Source of the DNA: Anolis carolinensis
Taxonomy: Eukaryota
DNA: 64,000 nt
Assembly: GCF_035594765.1 (NCBI RefSeq)
Contig: NC_085843.1
Coordinates: 164,091,971-164,155,970 of the forward strand
Direction of reading: 5' to 3'
The translations under genes and the position numbers were made by a program. The notes under the pieces are model-generated. The model was not told where the DNA came from. It searched no databases and saw nothing but the letters and a program-made list of their open reading frames with translations. Positions 51,478 through 64,000 of the stretch are shown here, in pieces. Numbering within the stretch: the stretch's first letter is position 1; the number at the start of each line of letters is the position of its first letter.

Positions 51478-52890
51478 CGACCACTGGCCAGGGAGTTAAA
51501 CACATGTCCCTCAACACCATTATCTGGGTCCGGACCTCCAGGAAGGACGGGAGCCACTGAAGTACAGTGCCCCCTAATCCCACCCTAAAGAGCTGGTCCA
51601 GCCGATAGTATCAAAAGCCGTTGAGAGGTCCAGAAGAACCAACAGGGACACACTCCCCCGTTTAACTCTCTTTGTAAATCATCCATCAAGGCGAGCAATG
51701 TCATCTCTGTTCTGTGGCAAGACCTGAAACCAGACTGAAATGGATCCAGATAATCAGTTTCATCCAATAAACTTTGGAGTTAAGAGGCCACCACCTTCTC
51801 TAGAACCTTGCCAAGACAGAGGAGATTTGATACTGGTCGGTAGTTGTTCCGTTGAGTGGGATCCAGTGCTGGTTTCTTTAATTGAGGTCTTACTACTGCC
51901 TCCTTGAAACTAATTGGCATTATGCCTTGGGTCCGCACCTTTACCGACTCTACCAATCACCCCCCAAGCCAATTTAATTAGCCAGGATGGGCAAGGATCT
52001 AGAGAACAAGTAGTCGCCTTCATTTTCCCCAAGATCTCATCCACATCCTCAGGCTGTACAAGTTGAAAAGAATCCATTAAACAAGGACAGGCAGATCCCT
52101 CAGTTACATTCACGGAGACTGCATCAACACTGGTGTCTAAGTCAGAACAGATCTGAGCAACTTTATCTACAAAGGACCTAGCAAACTCCTCGCAATGAGT
52201 TGCCGACTGGTCAAGGATCCTTGGCTAAGTCCTCTAACCACTTTTGACCCAAATTGGGATTTTAATATTATTGTGTATATTGACTTTTATGGCTGTTTTT
52301 AATCATGTTGAAGTTTTACTGCTCGGTTTAATGTTTTATCTGATTTGTGCTGTCGTGTCTGGGCATGGCCCCATGTAAGCCGCCCCGAGTCCCTCCGGGG
52401 AGATGGGGCGGGATATAAGAATAAAATTATTATTATTATTATTATAACCACTTGAAACAGCTCTCTTGAGTGGTTCTTTGCAGATGCAATGTTGGTAGCA
52501 ATAAACAATTTTTCAGCCACCTTCATTGCTGCGGAATAGGCTTTGAAATAAGTGCTAGACCATGCTCAGTCGGATTTGCTGCAAGTTCTGTTCTGATCTC
52601 CGTTATACTTGCTTCATCGCTGCCAGTTCCCTGGAGCATCAGGGAGCTGATTTGGCTCTGCTTTGTGAAAGGAGACATTCAGGAGTGATTGTGTCTACTG
52701 CCCTGGCCACCTCCATGATTCAGTGGTCTGCCAGAGCTTTGATGGAATCACTTACCAAAAAGGCAGGAAAATCCTCAAGAGCAAACAGGAATCTGTCTGG
52801 ATCCATAAGCCTCCTGGGGCAGACATTCCTAATTAGTCCTCCACTCCTGGGGAGGTTTAGAGCCCCAGTAAGTCTAAACCTGACCAGGTA
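51478..52890 (-). mobile_element. L2 ORF2 (reverse transcriptase region) fragment with a nested + strand L2 tail (about 52235-52446)
   Basis: Motifs TTCSLDPCPSWLIK, LDPFQSGFRSCHRTEMTLLALMDDL and GLGGTVLQWLPSFL, frameshifted. The nested tail is flanked by taaccactt. Confidence 0.9.
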
Positions 52891-53317
52891 ACAATTTTTT
52901 TCAGTTCACTTTAACTAAATGAAAATAGGGAAAGGGGCTTTGAAAGTTGCCTTCAATTATTTCTCTGTAACCTGAAATGTAATGCACACTCAAAACACGG
53001 AATTAAATAAAAACTAATAAAAGTCACTATCATTAATAAGCTTATTTCGACAACAACAACAACAAATCAAGGATCATTGGATGCCTTACTGGCATTATAT
53101 GTAATATACAAATAAAACAACTGACAGTTTAAAGAAAATTATGCTGGATACAGACATGCCCACCCATGAATTGGGTTTCCCCCACCTATGCACAGAACTA
53201 GGGTTCAGTGAAGATTTCCCATTAAAGGAAAGGGACATGGTACCAGTTTTCACCAGTTCCCCCTTTAGCTTTACTAGCTCTTCTGTTCCATATAATGCCC
53301 CAGCTATTCGGGACAGA

Positions 53318-53461
53318 GGCTCGGTCTACACTGCCCTATATCCCAGGATCAAATCCCAAATTATTTTCTTATCCCAGATTAGCTGACAGTGTAGACTCAT
53401 ACAATCCAGTTCAAAGCAGATAATCTGGGATCCTGGAATATAGGGCAGTATAGATCCAGCC
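53318..53461. mobile_element. PIF/Harbinger-like MITE
   Basis: ggctcggtctacactgccctatat ... atatagggcagtatagatccagcc inverted ends, with 3-bp flanks aga/aga. Confidence 0.8.
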
Positions 53462-53809
53462 AGACACAGCTTCAGGAGAAACTAGTGAAAACTGCCGGGC
53501 TTCCCCTTTTTGCAGCACAAGTAGTATTTTGTTGAGTATTGCCTTGGATCTAACAGTATATTGCTTTTGTTTTCTATTGGCTTGCTAAAATAACTTTGAC
53601 CCTTTTCCAGGCAAGATGAGACATTTTCTTCACATAACTAGATTTAAAAGATAGGTACTGTACAACTTTGAGACCAGAAAAGTTGTAAACTACAAACCCA
53701 GGTTTCAGCCACCTGCCATGCACTTCGTTTCTTCTAGACCCCACATATCTACAATATGATACCCAATTGCAGTATACATTACATTATCATAAAAAAATAG
53801 CTAAAAACA

Positions 53810-54095
53810 CATCTCATGATGTGGCCAAAACACTTCAGCTTTGCCTCTACTATCCTTCCCTCCAGTCAGCAGCCAGGCATTATTTCTTGGAGGATGGACT
53901 GGTTGGATCTTCTTGCGGTTCAAGGCACTCTCAGGATTTTCCTCCAGCACCAGAGTTCAAAAGGGTCTATCTTCCTTCGCTCAGCCTTCCTTATCCACAT
54001 TATCTGCTTAGAAGTGGATTATATGAGTCTACACTGCCATATAATCCAGTTCAAAGCAGATAGTCTGGATCTTATGTAGCAATGTAGAAGGGGTC
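53810..54095 (-). mobile_element. Bov-B fragment (53810-53993) joined to half of a Harbinger-like MITE
   Basis: Bov-B ttccttcgctcagccttcctta, then a MITE half ending gcaatgtagaagggg. Confidence 0.75.
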
Positions 54096-55261
54096 TTAGG
54101 GTACATCCAGACTTCACTTAAATGAATGCCAAAGTGGGTTTAAGAAACCCGCTTTGGCACACATTTAAGTCATCACACCTCCCTCCAAAACCCATGCTTT
54201 TCTACTTTGTCTCAAATTAATTTGATTTTGCCGAAGGCATCATTTGGACACCTCCGCTAAAAGTGCATGAGCTTGTGCGTTTTGGGCACTTTGATTCAAC
54301 TGTATTGAATTATCTTAGTGTCATGGATTCATGGGTAAATTCAAGCTTCAGTAATTTATGGGTCCATGATTCTTAGATAATTTAGCAAAACTGAAAAATG
54401 CTGGATTTTATGGTCTTTGTAAAAGTACAGTGACACACGATCCAAAAACCTGGAAAAGTTATGTATTTGGACTACAGCTCTACAAATCCCCAAGGCAGCA
54501 TGGCCAAGCTCATTTTACCCTACATAATGTTCTCAGTTTCTGCTAATCATCAGGGTAAAAGCTTTACAGAGCACTGAATCACTATTCTCTGGTAACAATA
54601 TCTCCCATTCTCTCCCTACCCCACCCACATGATTCGGAGGTTTCCCTATTTTGCTTTCAAGCCTAGCTTCACAGCCTTGAGCTTGGTTTCAAACACACAG
54701 AGAGAAAAGAAGTGACGCTCTCAGCAAGCTTAATTCTGTGTTTAATATCAATTGTACCTGTGTGATGTGATGCAGACTCTACACGGCCAGGCTTCAAGAA
54801 AACATAGTCTCTATTGTAACAGCTCTTGCAGGAACAATCTGCCTTTCATTTTCTCTTTATATTTGCTTATTAGGGGGTGATTCAAACAATAAGACTCCCA
54901 TGTGAGCACCATCCAAAACACTTCCACATGGTTGTGCTCCACACACAGAGAAACAATTTGCTGCACGTTGTAGAAGTCAGCAAGCTGTTATTTAATACAT
55001 ATATATATTGTAACTGGAAGCGTTATGGTCTGGTGAATGATAAGATTTTGAACAAATGTACAAAACGCTTCTTCATTGTCTCAATTCCTAATAAAAAAAT
55101 CCCTAACAAACAACTAGTTTTTCACAATGTTATAATTACACAGGCATAGTGTACATTTAAAAATCATCACACTCCACCACAGTAATAGAAACCCCAATTT
55201 ACCAACACAACTTTGCTGCAAATGTTCTAAATGTGTTAAACTGATATCAGCATCTCAGTAA

Positions 55262-55657
55262 NNNNNNNNNNNNNNNNNNNNNNNNNNNNNNNNNNNNNNN
55301 NNNNNNNNNNNNNNNNNNNNNNNNNNNNNNNNNNNNNNNNNNNNNNNNNNNNNNNNNNNNNNNNNNNNNNNNNNNNNNNNNNNNNNNNNNNNNNNNNNNN
55401 NNNNNNNNNNNNNNNNNNNNNNNNNNNNNNNNNNNNNNNNNNNNNNNNNNNNNNNNNNNNNNNNNNNNNNNNNNNNNNNNNNNNNNNNNNNNNNNNNNNN
55501 NNNNNNNNNNNNNNNNNNNNNNNNNNNNNNNNNNNNNNNNNNNNNNNNNNNNNNNNNNNNNNNNNNNNNNNNNNNNNNNNNNNNNNNNNNNNNNNNNNNN
55601 NNNNNNNNNNNNNNNNNNNNNNNNNNNNNNNNNNNNNNNNNNNNNNNNNNNNNNNNN
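55262..55657. other. Assembly gap (396 N)
   Basis: Run of N. Confidence 0.99.
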
Positions 55658-56084
55658 ACATTATTACCACCTGCCATGCAATGAACTAAAACAAAATTAT
55701 CGAATTCCTTCAAATATAATGGATTTCCCCCCTCTTTTCCCTCTTTAATGTGAATTTTTTTCCATGTGAAGAACAAATAGTAGGAATTAAGCACAGTTTA
55801 CAACTATAACATGTAAACAAACACCAGTTTTTACATGTCTATATTGAACATGTATATGGGAAGTGAAACTAAGTCTTGATTCTCAGAAAAATAAAGATAA
55901 AACCTATACACTGAATCACATCTGAATTATAAAGAAAAGACATCAAACAGAATTCACAGATATTTAATCAAATGACAGCTATCAAGACTTGAAAGCAGTT
56001 ATTTTATCATTGTTAAAAGCACTGCTCTATTCAGCAACTCACACGACTCCTATGCACAGTTATGGTAACCATAATTTGTTCATC

Positions 56085-56729
56085 AGGTGAGCAACCCTTA
56101 CCTGGAATTCTGAAACCTAAAACACTCCAAAATCCAAAAATAGTTCATATGGATAGTTGAGAAAGTAACACCTTTCTGATGGCACAATGTGCACACACTT
56201 AGATTCATATCCAAATTTATTTTAAATATTGCATGTAAAATTACCACAAAGCTATATAAGGTGTATATGAAACATCAATGAATTCCATTTCTAGACTTGA
56301 GTCCCTTCTTCAAGAGACCTTATTTGCAAATGCAGGTACAGTAGAGTCTCACTAATCCAAGCCTCGCTTATCCAAGCCTCTGGATAATCCAAGCCATTTT
56401 TGTAGTCAATGTTTTCAATATATTGTGATATTTTGGTGCTAAATTCGTAAATACAGTAATTAAAACATAACATTACTGCGTATTGAACTACTTTTTCTGT
56501 CAAATTTGTTGTATAACATGAAGTTTTGGTGCTTAATTTGTAAAATCCTAACCTAATTTGATGTTTAATAGGCTTTTCCTTAATCCCTCCTTATTATCCA
56601 AGTTATTCGCTTATCCAAGCTTCTGCCGGCCCGTTTAGCTTGGATAAGTGAGACTCTACTGTATTCCAAAATCTGATATCCAAAACGCTTCTGGTTCCAA
56701 AAGTTTTTAGATAAGACATACCCAACCTG
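56085..56729. mobile_element. Older Tigger-like MITE hosting MITE copy 6
   Basis: caggtgagcaaccctta ... taagacatacccaacctg ends; homologous to 14506-14815. Confidence 0.75.
56339..56661. mobile_element. Tc1/mariner MITE, copy 6
   Basis: Same TIRs and TA TSD, 323 bp. Confidence 0.95.
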
Positions 56730-57354
56730 CACTGAGAATTCACATAAGTATGTTATATTTCAAGATATTTTAATAAACAGCAAACAAAGACTGTTTATTT
56801 CCAAGTTTTTATAGCAGTCGTTAGCAAAACTAAATGACTATTACAGCAGTGGAAACAGAAAAGCAGCATTGTTTCACTATTGTACCATAAAAATAAACAT
56901 TTTGTAGAAGTATGAGTAACAAAAATTCTGTTTTCATATATTATAATGTATAACGTATAATGTAAACCGATTAAGGTGCCATTTCACTACATTAAAGCGG
57001 AAGACTTAATACATAGAACAACTGAGATTTTCATAAAAATGCAGGTGCTGCCCATAAATAATAGCTGGAAAATCATGCTAATGACTCCAAAATAAAACAA
57101 AACAAATAATAATGTGCAAATACTATTTTGGTACATTGCTACAGTCATTTTATTCTACATGTGTGGTTAAATTGGTACATGATGAACATATCACTGACAA
57201 TGGCCCAATCTAATCTAATTTAATCCCACACTGAGCTGCACAAAATGACTCTAGCAGTGCATCACGACTGTATGGGCTCATTACGTGCAGCCTGCAAATG
57301 GCATGATAGTTTATAGCTTCCATAAAACCATATTAAAATGAAAAACACAATGGT

Positions 57355-57525
57355 TTCTATCATATGTCTAACAGACTTTCCTCCTTTGTATTAAGTTCTC
57401 AAGAGTAACAATATCTGTTACAAAAATTTTAAATCTCATTCTATCATATGTCTAACAGACTTTCCTTCTTTTGTATCAAGTTCTCAAGTGTAATAATATA
57501 TGTGTTACAAAAATCTTAATTCTCA
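57355..57525. repeat. Direct tandem duplication (2 x ~85 bp)
   Basis: ttctatcatatgtctaacagactttcct... starts at 57355 and again at 57439. Confidence 0.9.
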
Positions 57526-58493
57526 AAAAATCATATGTAATTATTATAAATACAATGGGGAAGTTTCATAAATAAGTTTTAAAATGTTGATTAGAAACAA
57601 CAGTGAGCAAACAGACAAGAAAGGACACATCTGGGTTGCCAGAAAACATGTGATATTCTCCATACTTCTAGAACATGACCTCTCCCGGTTTCCCTCCTAC
57701 ACTTTTTAACTGTGTTATTGTCATGTTTTTGCCTCTCTTCCCCCTCTCTTTATTTCCTGTCCATCAACAAAGAGTAAATACTATTTTCAATGTTAACTAA
57801 TTTATTCAATACATATTATTAATAATAATTATGAGAAATTAGATTTTTTTTGTCATCCTTGATAAGTAAACCCAGTGTTGTATTCCATTCTAGAGATATA
57901 TGAAAGATACCATAAAACAGGAGATGCTCTCCATTGTGTTATCTGGCCCTTGTGAAATTGAAGATATGGCAATATGGGGGCAGTATCCTGAGGTTAAAAA
58001 CTCCTAGAAAAATATATGAATAGACCTATCAAAAGGAAACCATGAGCCAGTCATGCTGCAATAAATATACTGAAATAAAGGCATGGCTATAAAATATACA
58101 AATAAATATTTATTTTATTCAAGAACATTGGTATTAGGATTGCCCTACTAGGCATTACTTTCTAAGCACCAAATAATATCTCTATGTACGTGCATAAAAA
58201 TCTTGAATGGAAAATGATGCAATTGAGGCGCTTTTAATTGAGGCACTTTGATGTACAAAATTTGTGGTTTATTTTCAAAGAAAACATTTTCTGCATAGAA
58301 AAGTGTTTTTAAAACACAGAAGATATTTCTAGATAGTTATTTTCTGCACAGAGAGTACCAAAGTAAATCTAATAGATAATAGAGATAGCTAGAATTTCAG
58401 TTGTTGGTTCATTGATAACACTAGAATACCCATAAGGTAGCGAAGTCTAAATTCTCAAGGACTGGTCCTAACAAACACTGAAATTATCTAAAG

Positions 58494-58602
58494 CAGTGTT
58501 TCTCAAACTCTGCTCCTCCAGATGTTTTGGATTTCAGCTCCCACAATTCCTAACAGCTAGTATGGTGGCTGGGATTTCTGGGACCTGAAGTCCAAAACAC
58601 TG
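58494..58602. mobile_element. Truncated hAT MITE
   Basis: cagtgtttctcaaact... with an internal tgttttggatttcag / ctgaagtccaaaaca inverted pair. A similar element lies at about 62925-63050. Confidence 0.7.
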
Positions 58603-58988
58603 ATCTAAAAGATCATTTCAAGGAATGGGATCCTGATTTACAAGATAATTCTGGTAACAAAATATTGTTCATTCTCTTACTGAAGAAGTGTTTCCATTAT
58701 GTAAATGAGCTGTAAAGGGCAATTAGTGATATAGCAATAGCTATTTCACATAGTTTTTAGTCAGTGTGACAATTCAACCTGTAATCTATATTCCTAGAAG
58801 ACACTATTAGAGGCTATTTTGAATTTGAATTTTGTACAAACCAGAATCTATCTGCTTACTTCAAAATAGCTTTAAAATGTCAAATAAAAGATTCCAGAAT
58901 TACAGAATTGTGTATTACACTGATTTACAGAAAATATTTAAAATGCATTTACATGGGCAAAGACATTTATACAAATGAAATGGTTCAT

Positions 58989-59829
58989 TGTCAGGTCCCT
59001 GGCTGCTGGGCACCAAAAACCTTACACGGAGGCCAATCTCTATCTAATATCTTTATTAAGGAAATATATAAAAGCAATAAAAACAAGTGAAGAATATAGT
59101 TCAGAAACAGACCTTTCAAATGAGGTCAAATATAGTCCAAAAATGTATTGTCCAATAAATGATATTAGAGTTCAAAGTTTTAATCCACTTGACCGAAACA
59201 CACACTTTTGCCAAGCAATAGTGTGGGGAAATGTCAGAGTCTTAGAAGTCCAATGAAGCTTGACAACAAGGCTGGAAATAAACTTGGTACTTGACTAGGT
59301 CCATGACTAGAAACAAGGCAAAACGTGAAGCGTGGAACAAGGTCCGTGATTAAACAGCAAGGCAAGGCGAGGGCTTGAATGCTTGATCCGGGAAGCAAGG
59401 AACTGGGGTCACGAAGTCCACACACAATCTCTCTCCTGAAGCTGATCAATTGACTCCGCAAAAAACCTCCCGCGTCAAACACCTATATTGGGTCTCATTT
59501 TCCCGCCAACAGAACTCTTTCCCTAGAGAACAAGAAGCGAAACCCAACTCTGTCCAGATGCAAGACTCCTTAGAATTTCCCAAGGGAAGCAGGCCTAACT
59601 CCTCCGATTTGCTTCTCTGACTCCTCTGTCCCTAGAATAAGATTCTTTCCTGGGAAACGGAGGGGAGTAATGCCCAAGGCCTGTTTTACTGAATTCTTGA
59701 GGGCAAACATCAACATCCGGCAGGTGAAGGGACTCCGGCTCTTGTTGAACCGGCGAAAACCCCATGTTTTCATCTTCATCTGCCACAATAGTACTAGGAA
59801 CAGGACTACAAGGCCCATGAGGCATCACA
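58989..59829 (-). mobile_element. Gypsy-type solo LTR, family B
   Basis: Minus strand TGTGATG...CCTGACA, TSD ttcat/ttaat; homologous to 42248-43220. Confidence 0.88.
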
Positions 59830-59834
59830 TTAAT

Positions 59835-60462
59835 GGGCCATCCCACCTCTATTTAAAGACAGCCAAAGGAAAATCATCCTCTGGTCTAGGAGGCAGTAGA
59901 CTCAACTGTTGAATAGCTGTTACACTAAATAAATTCTTATCAATGGTTCAATGGAATCATTTTTCTTGTAATTTGAATACACTGATTTGTGTTTTTGGAG
60001 AAAATGTTTTCTACACGACATTCCTTCACATGTTTAAATATATCTGTCCTGTCACCACTTTTCTTCAAGCAAAACATACCCAGTTCCCTAGGACTAAGTT
60101 TTCCCCATAAGGCTGTTTCCAGAATGTTGATCACCTTGGTTGTCATTCTCTGGATACACTGTCTATCTCTTTCTTGTATTGTGGTGCCCAGTACTGGACA
60201 GAGTATTCCTGGTGAGGTCTGACCTAAACATTACTATTTCCTTCAATCTGGACACTTTAATTTAATTGATGACAACCAGAATTAAATTGGTTTTTGCTAC
60301 CATGTCACATAATTGACTCAAGTTTCGCTGTCTGGTTAAAAAAAAGCCTACATGCTTTTCACAGGCATCACCCATACTATATTTGTGCATTTCATTTTTC
60401 TTGACTAAATGTAATTCCTTACATTTACCTCTGTTGAAATTCAATTTGTTCACTTTTGCCAA
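59835..60462 (-). mobile_element. Old CR1 ORF2 3' fragment
   Basis: Degraded KLNFNRGKCKELHL and ELGMFCLKK motifs. Confidence 0.7.
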
Positions 60463-60659
60463 GATCTCTCTCTTCCTTTTGTCATTCCTACAGGAGGACT
60501 ATTGGGCAGCACACAGTTTGTGACATAATCCCCAACCATTGCTTCATTTTACTTTACAAATAATTTCATACAGTTTGCCAGTGGATAGTCAATAGATTCT
60601 AGCACCAATGTTTCTCTTCAGTTTAAAATGGAATCTAACAGAGAAATGTATTTTTCTGA

Positions 60660-61325
60660 CTTAGAAGTACAGTTTAACATTTTCAAAGTTCACAAAAAAT
60701 TAATCAAAGAAGTTGGAAAACATGAAGAAACACAATAAATACTGCAAAAACTTTTCCCAATGAAACCAGAATTCTATTTATTAGGATTAACAGAGAATAT
60801 AACAAATTTTAACCAGAATGAAGATATTTTGTTTACATACATATCAATAGCCGCGAGAATAACTTTCGCCAGACACTGGAAACAAGGAGATATCCCAACA
60901 ATAGTCTTATGGTTAGAGAAATTGAATGAAATTCATGATATGGATGAAAACAGAGGACATGCGATAAAAAGAACTGACTGGAGAAAATACAAAGAACATA
61001 AGAAAAAGGAAAGGGGGATTTAAACAAAAGAAGGACCCGAGAATTGTAAAAATGAAAGAGACCAAAAAATAAAAGAAACTTAATAAGAAGTGATGTTATG
61101 ACCGCAAAGAATAGTAAACGGAAGACCAAAAAGACTCCCCCCCTTTCCCAACCCCTTTTCCTTCCCATACTCTCCCCACATATTTCCCCTTTTCCTTTTT
61201 ATAACCATAGTGTATTTTTGTCAACCCATAGATGTTCCAAATCCATACTTCCCTTTTCAACTGCACCCTTCCCCCACACTTTCCATCTCTATTTTTATGT
61301 ATGTACACATACGGAAACTTTAATA
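60660..61325 (+). mobile_element. L1-clade LINE 3' end
   Basis: KPEFYLLGL...YISIAARITFARHWKQGDIPT...W, followed by a pyrimidine-rich 3' UTR. Confidence 0.8.
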
Positions 61326-63186
61326 ATTTTTTTTTTAAGTAGAAGTTGGAAAACAGCTGTAGCTCAGTAATAGACTGTTAGTGCAAAGTGTCCTTGGATC
61401 AACTAAGGACCTAATCAGGTAGGGATCTTGTCTGAAATCATGGAAAGTACACACTCTTGCCTGAAACTCCTAAGTGCCACTGTCACTCAAGATAGAAACT
61501 ACCGAGTTTGGGAAGCATTGCCACCCTTTCTGCTATGTGATGGGAGAGGGAAAGGGTGCCAAAGCATAGTTTGTGGCAGCCACAAAAATGAAGTTTCTGA
61601 AGGAAAACAACTATTTTCAAAGTATTGCACAATTAAACAGTTTCAAACCAGGAACAGAAAACTCTTCAAATGTTATGATATAGTGTTATATTATGAGCTG
61701 TTAGAGAGGGTAAAGAATAAGTTAAGGTTAATTTGAAATGCTAATGAAATGAATTTTCAAGGTAAGGCTGAATGTTTTTGCTTCATTTTTCACGTTAAAG
61801 TCTTTAAACCATCTACAATTATCTTTACTTTGAATTTTAGACTCAAAGCTATGCACAAGTCAAAACTCAAAAGACTTTGCTCTCAGCAAAAGTCATCTAA
61901 AGCTAGAATGTATGCATTTAATAAGCAGTCTATTGTAGTGGCTGAGACCATATGTTATGAACTGGAAATGTCCATGTTAAATTTCAGTTCAGTCATTGAC
62001 TAATTCTGGAGAGTCATAGGAAGCTTTGGTCTCCCAGTTTTAGACAGTCATTTCATCCAGTTCCTAATACTGATCTAATAATAAGGCAGTTGTGAAATTA
62101 CAACTGGGACAAACTGAAAAATGCTTCATGAATTCATAACAAAACAAAATAATGACAATTTGAGATACAGCCAGGAAAAATAAAGTCATACAAGTAAGGT
62201 ACATATGTCCAAATGTGATTCTGTCTCTGTGTAACTTTTAGTTTGGAGCACATGCACATTTTCACTCTATATTAACAACTCCAATGCCCCTCCCACACAG
62301 AGTAAAGATATTTTCCTCTTTTGAACCCTTCAACATGTTTGTTCTGCATTATTTTTTCATTCCCTGTTATCCCAAAGGCATTCAGTGTTTAAATAACTCT
62401 CTTACATGTAAAGCTTCGCACTAAGTATTGATCAGGTTTGGCTGGAAGTTACTAAGAGGCATTTTTAATAATCAGCCCAACTGTTCAGAAAGCATCTAGA
62501 GTATAACCTCAGGTAAATAGCACAGAGCACAGAGAACAGTTCTTTTGCCAGCAACATATCTTGCAGTCTCAATACTGCCGCTAATACTTCTTCAAAGAGA
62601 AAATTCAATTCTTATTTAACAGAGAAGATTAGAAGAAAATGAGAATCAATTATACGTCTTGCAGTTCTTTATGCAAGAATTGAAAATTTGTATATTTGAA
62701 TAACTTAGAATCTATTGACTTCTTACAAGACACTAAAGTTATTAGCATATAGTTTAAGAAGACAATGCTATGAAAATACAAAGATTGAGCGCATCTTGTA
62801 TGTACTTATCAATACATATTTCTTCACAGTAGGACAGGTAAATATGTTTTACATTTGACTTATATGTTCATATTTGTCGCATAAAGACTATGACATGGAC
62901 TAACAAAGATCTAATGCTTTAGATCAGGCATCGTCAACCAGAGTCTCTCCAAGTGTTTGTGCCTCCAACCCCCAGAAGACCTAGCCACTTGTTCAATGGT
63001 CAGGAATTCAGAGAGCTGAAGTCCAAAACACTTGGAGGGCCACAGGCCTGCTTTCGATGATATAATCGCATCCCCATAAGCACAAGAATGTTGTCTTTGA
63101 AAACAGGCATCATCAAGTGTAATGAAATAATGTACATAGAGATCTGAACTAGTCTATTAAATGCTTAGAATACAATTCACCAAGAA

Positions 63187-63290
63187 GAATCATAGAATCA
63201 TAGAATAGTAGAGTTGGAAGAGACCTCATGGGCCATCCAGTCCAACCCCCTGCCAAGAAGCAGGAAATCGCATTCAAAGCACACCCGATT
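63187..63290 (-). mobile_element. CR1 LINE 3' end
   Basis: gaatcatagaatcatagaatag...gttggaagagacctcatgggccatccagtccaacc; near-identical to 2453-2545. Confidence 0.88.
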
Positions 63291-63658
63291 TGAATAGATT
63301 ATGATGTAAGCAATTTATCACCAAGTGGGTTTGGGTTTCTCCTGCCCCAAAGAAGGATCTGCTTCACCATATCAGTATTACACACCTACCATTAAGAAAT
63401 CAGCTACTCCCTCCCAATTAAGAATGAGTAGGAATGACAAAGGATCCTCCAAATTACTAAAGCTTCTCTCTCAATTTAGTGGTGGACTTACCTCTGAATT
63501 TGGTATTATCCATTGCCAAGAAAAACATCTATGCTATAGATGTTTAACAAAACTTAATTATTTTAACCATTCTGTATCAGACTCTACTAAGCAACCAAGG
63601 GCAAGACTAAAATTTTTGTTGAGTGTGGAATGCGAAGTGTTGTAAACATACTCTCCAT

Positions 63659-64000
63659 TAGAGATGTGCACAAAATTTTTTCCTTTGTTTCCTTCGTGCT
63701 ATCGTTTCATTTTGACCGTTCGTCTACACAAAACGAATGATGACATTTTTATAGGAAATGAGAGGCGACACGAAAATGAAAGCCGCACAGTCATCGTGCT
63801 TGCTTTCATTTTCCTTTCATTTAGGGCCTGTAACAATAAGCAGCTGATGTGTACCAATGAGTGTTAATAATAATATTGATATTAATAACGATAGTTACTC
63901 TAGGACCCTAAGATGAGTTTGAGAGAGGTCTGATTCGCCATGACAGCTGATTTGTACCAATGTGTGTTAATAATAATAATATTAATAACGATAGTTATTC
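63659..64000. mobile_element. Left end of a probable hAT-type element with an internal 103-bp tandem repeat
   Basis: Starts tagagatgtgcac with CpG-rich ttcgt/acgaa subterminal motifs. The cagctgat...ataacgatagtta unit occurs at 63841 and 63944 and runs off the window end. Confidence 0.55.

Larger units (their letters stand above)
38166..64000 (-). other. VTI1A: Large VTI1A intron upstream of the 71-nt exon (continues beyond the window end)
   Basis: Ends at the AG acceptor at 38166-38167. The preceding exon was not seen in the window. Confidence 0.8.

Noticed and set aside
55236-55794. ORFs containing X runs
   Set aside because: Artefacts of the N gap.

Overview
Eukaryotic (vertebrate) genomic DNA, AT-rich and almost entirely intronic. 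The repeat content (Sauria SINEs, Bov-B/RTE, L2, CR1, Dong/R4, hAT and Tc1/mariner MITEs) points to a squamate reptile, most likely Anolis; this is an inference. The only host protein-coding sequence I can support is two small minus-strand exons of the Qb-SNARE gene VTI1A: 38095-38165 (71 nt) and 37163-37224 (62 nt), both with canonical AG/GT ends. They are absent from the ORF track. The rest lies in two very large VTI1A introns; in other vertebrates these sit next to TCF7L2 and carry long-range enhancers. Most ORF-track entries are spurious or transposon fragments. Main observations: (1) four Gypsy-type solo LTRs from two families all carry a reading frame open from LTR base 2 that encodes an acidic tail ending in an RRSxRI-type basic motif; (2) a tandem second splice donor 11 nt after the 62-nt exon would place a stop just before the transmembrane exon; (3) a Sauria SINE has folded back on itself as a ~330-bp hairpin; (4) a Helitron and a hAT element share an internal module; (5) there are several nested insertions with readable target-site duplications (TSDs). 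One assembly gap is present (55262-55657). No prokaryotic-type system (CRISPR, operon) is present.
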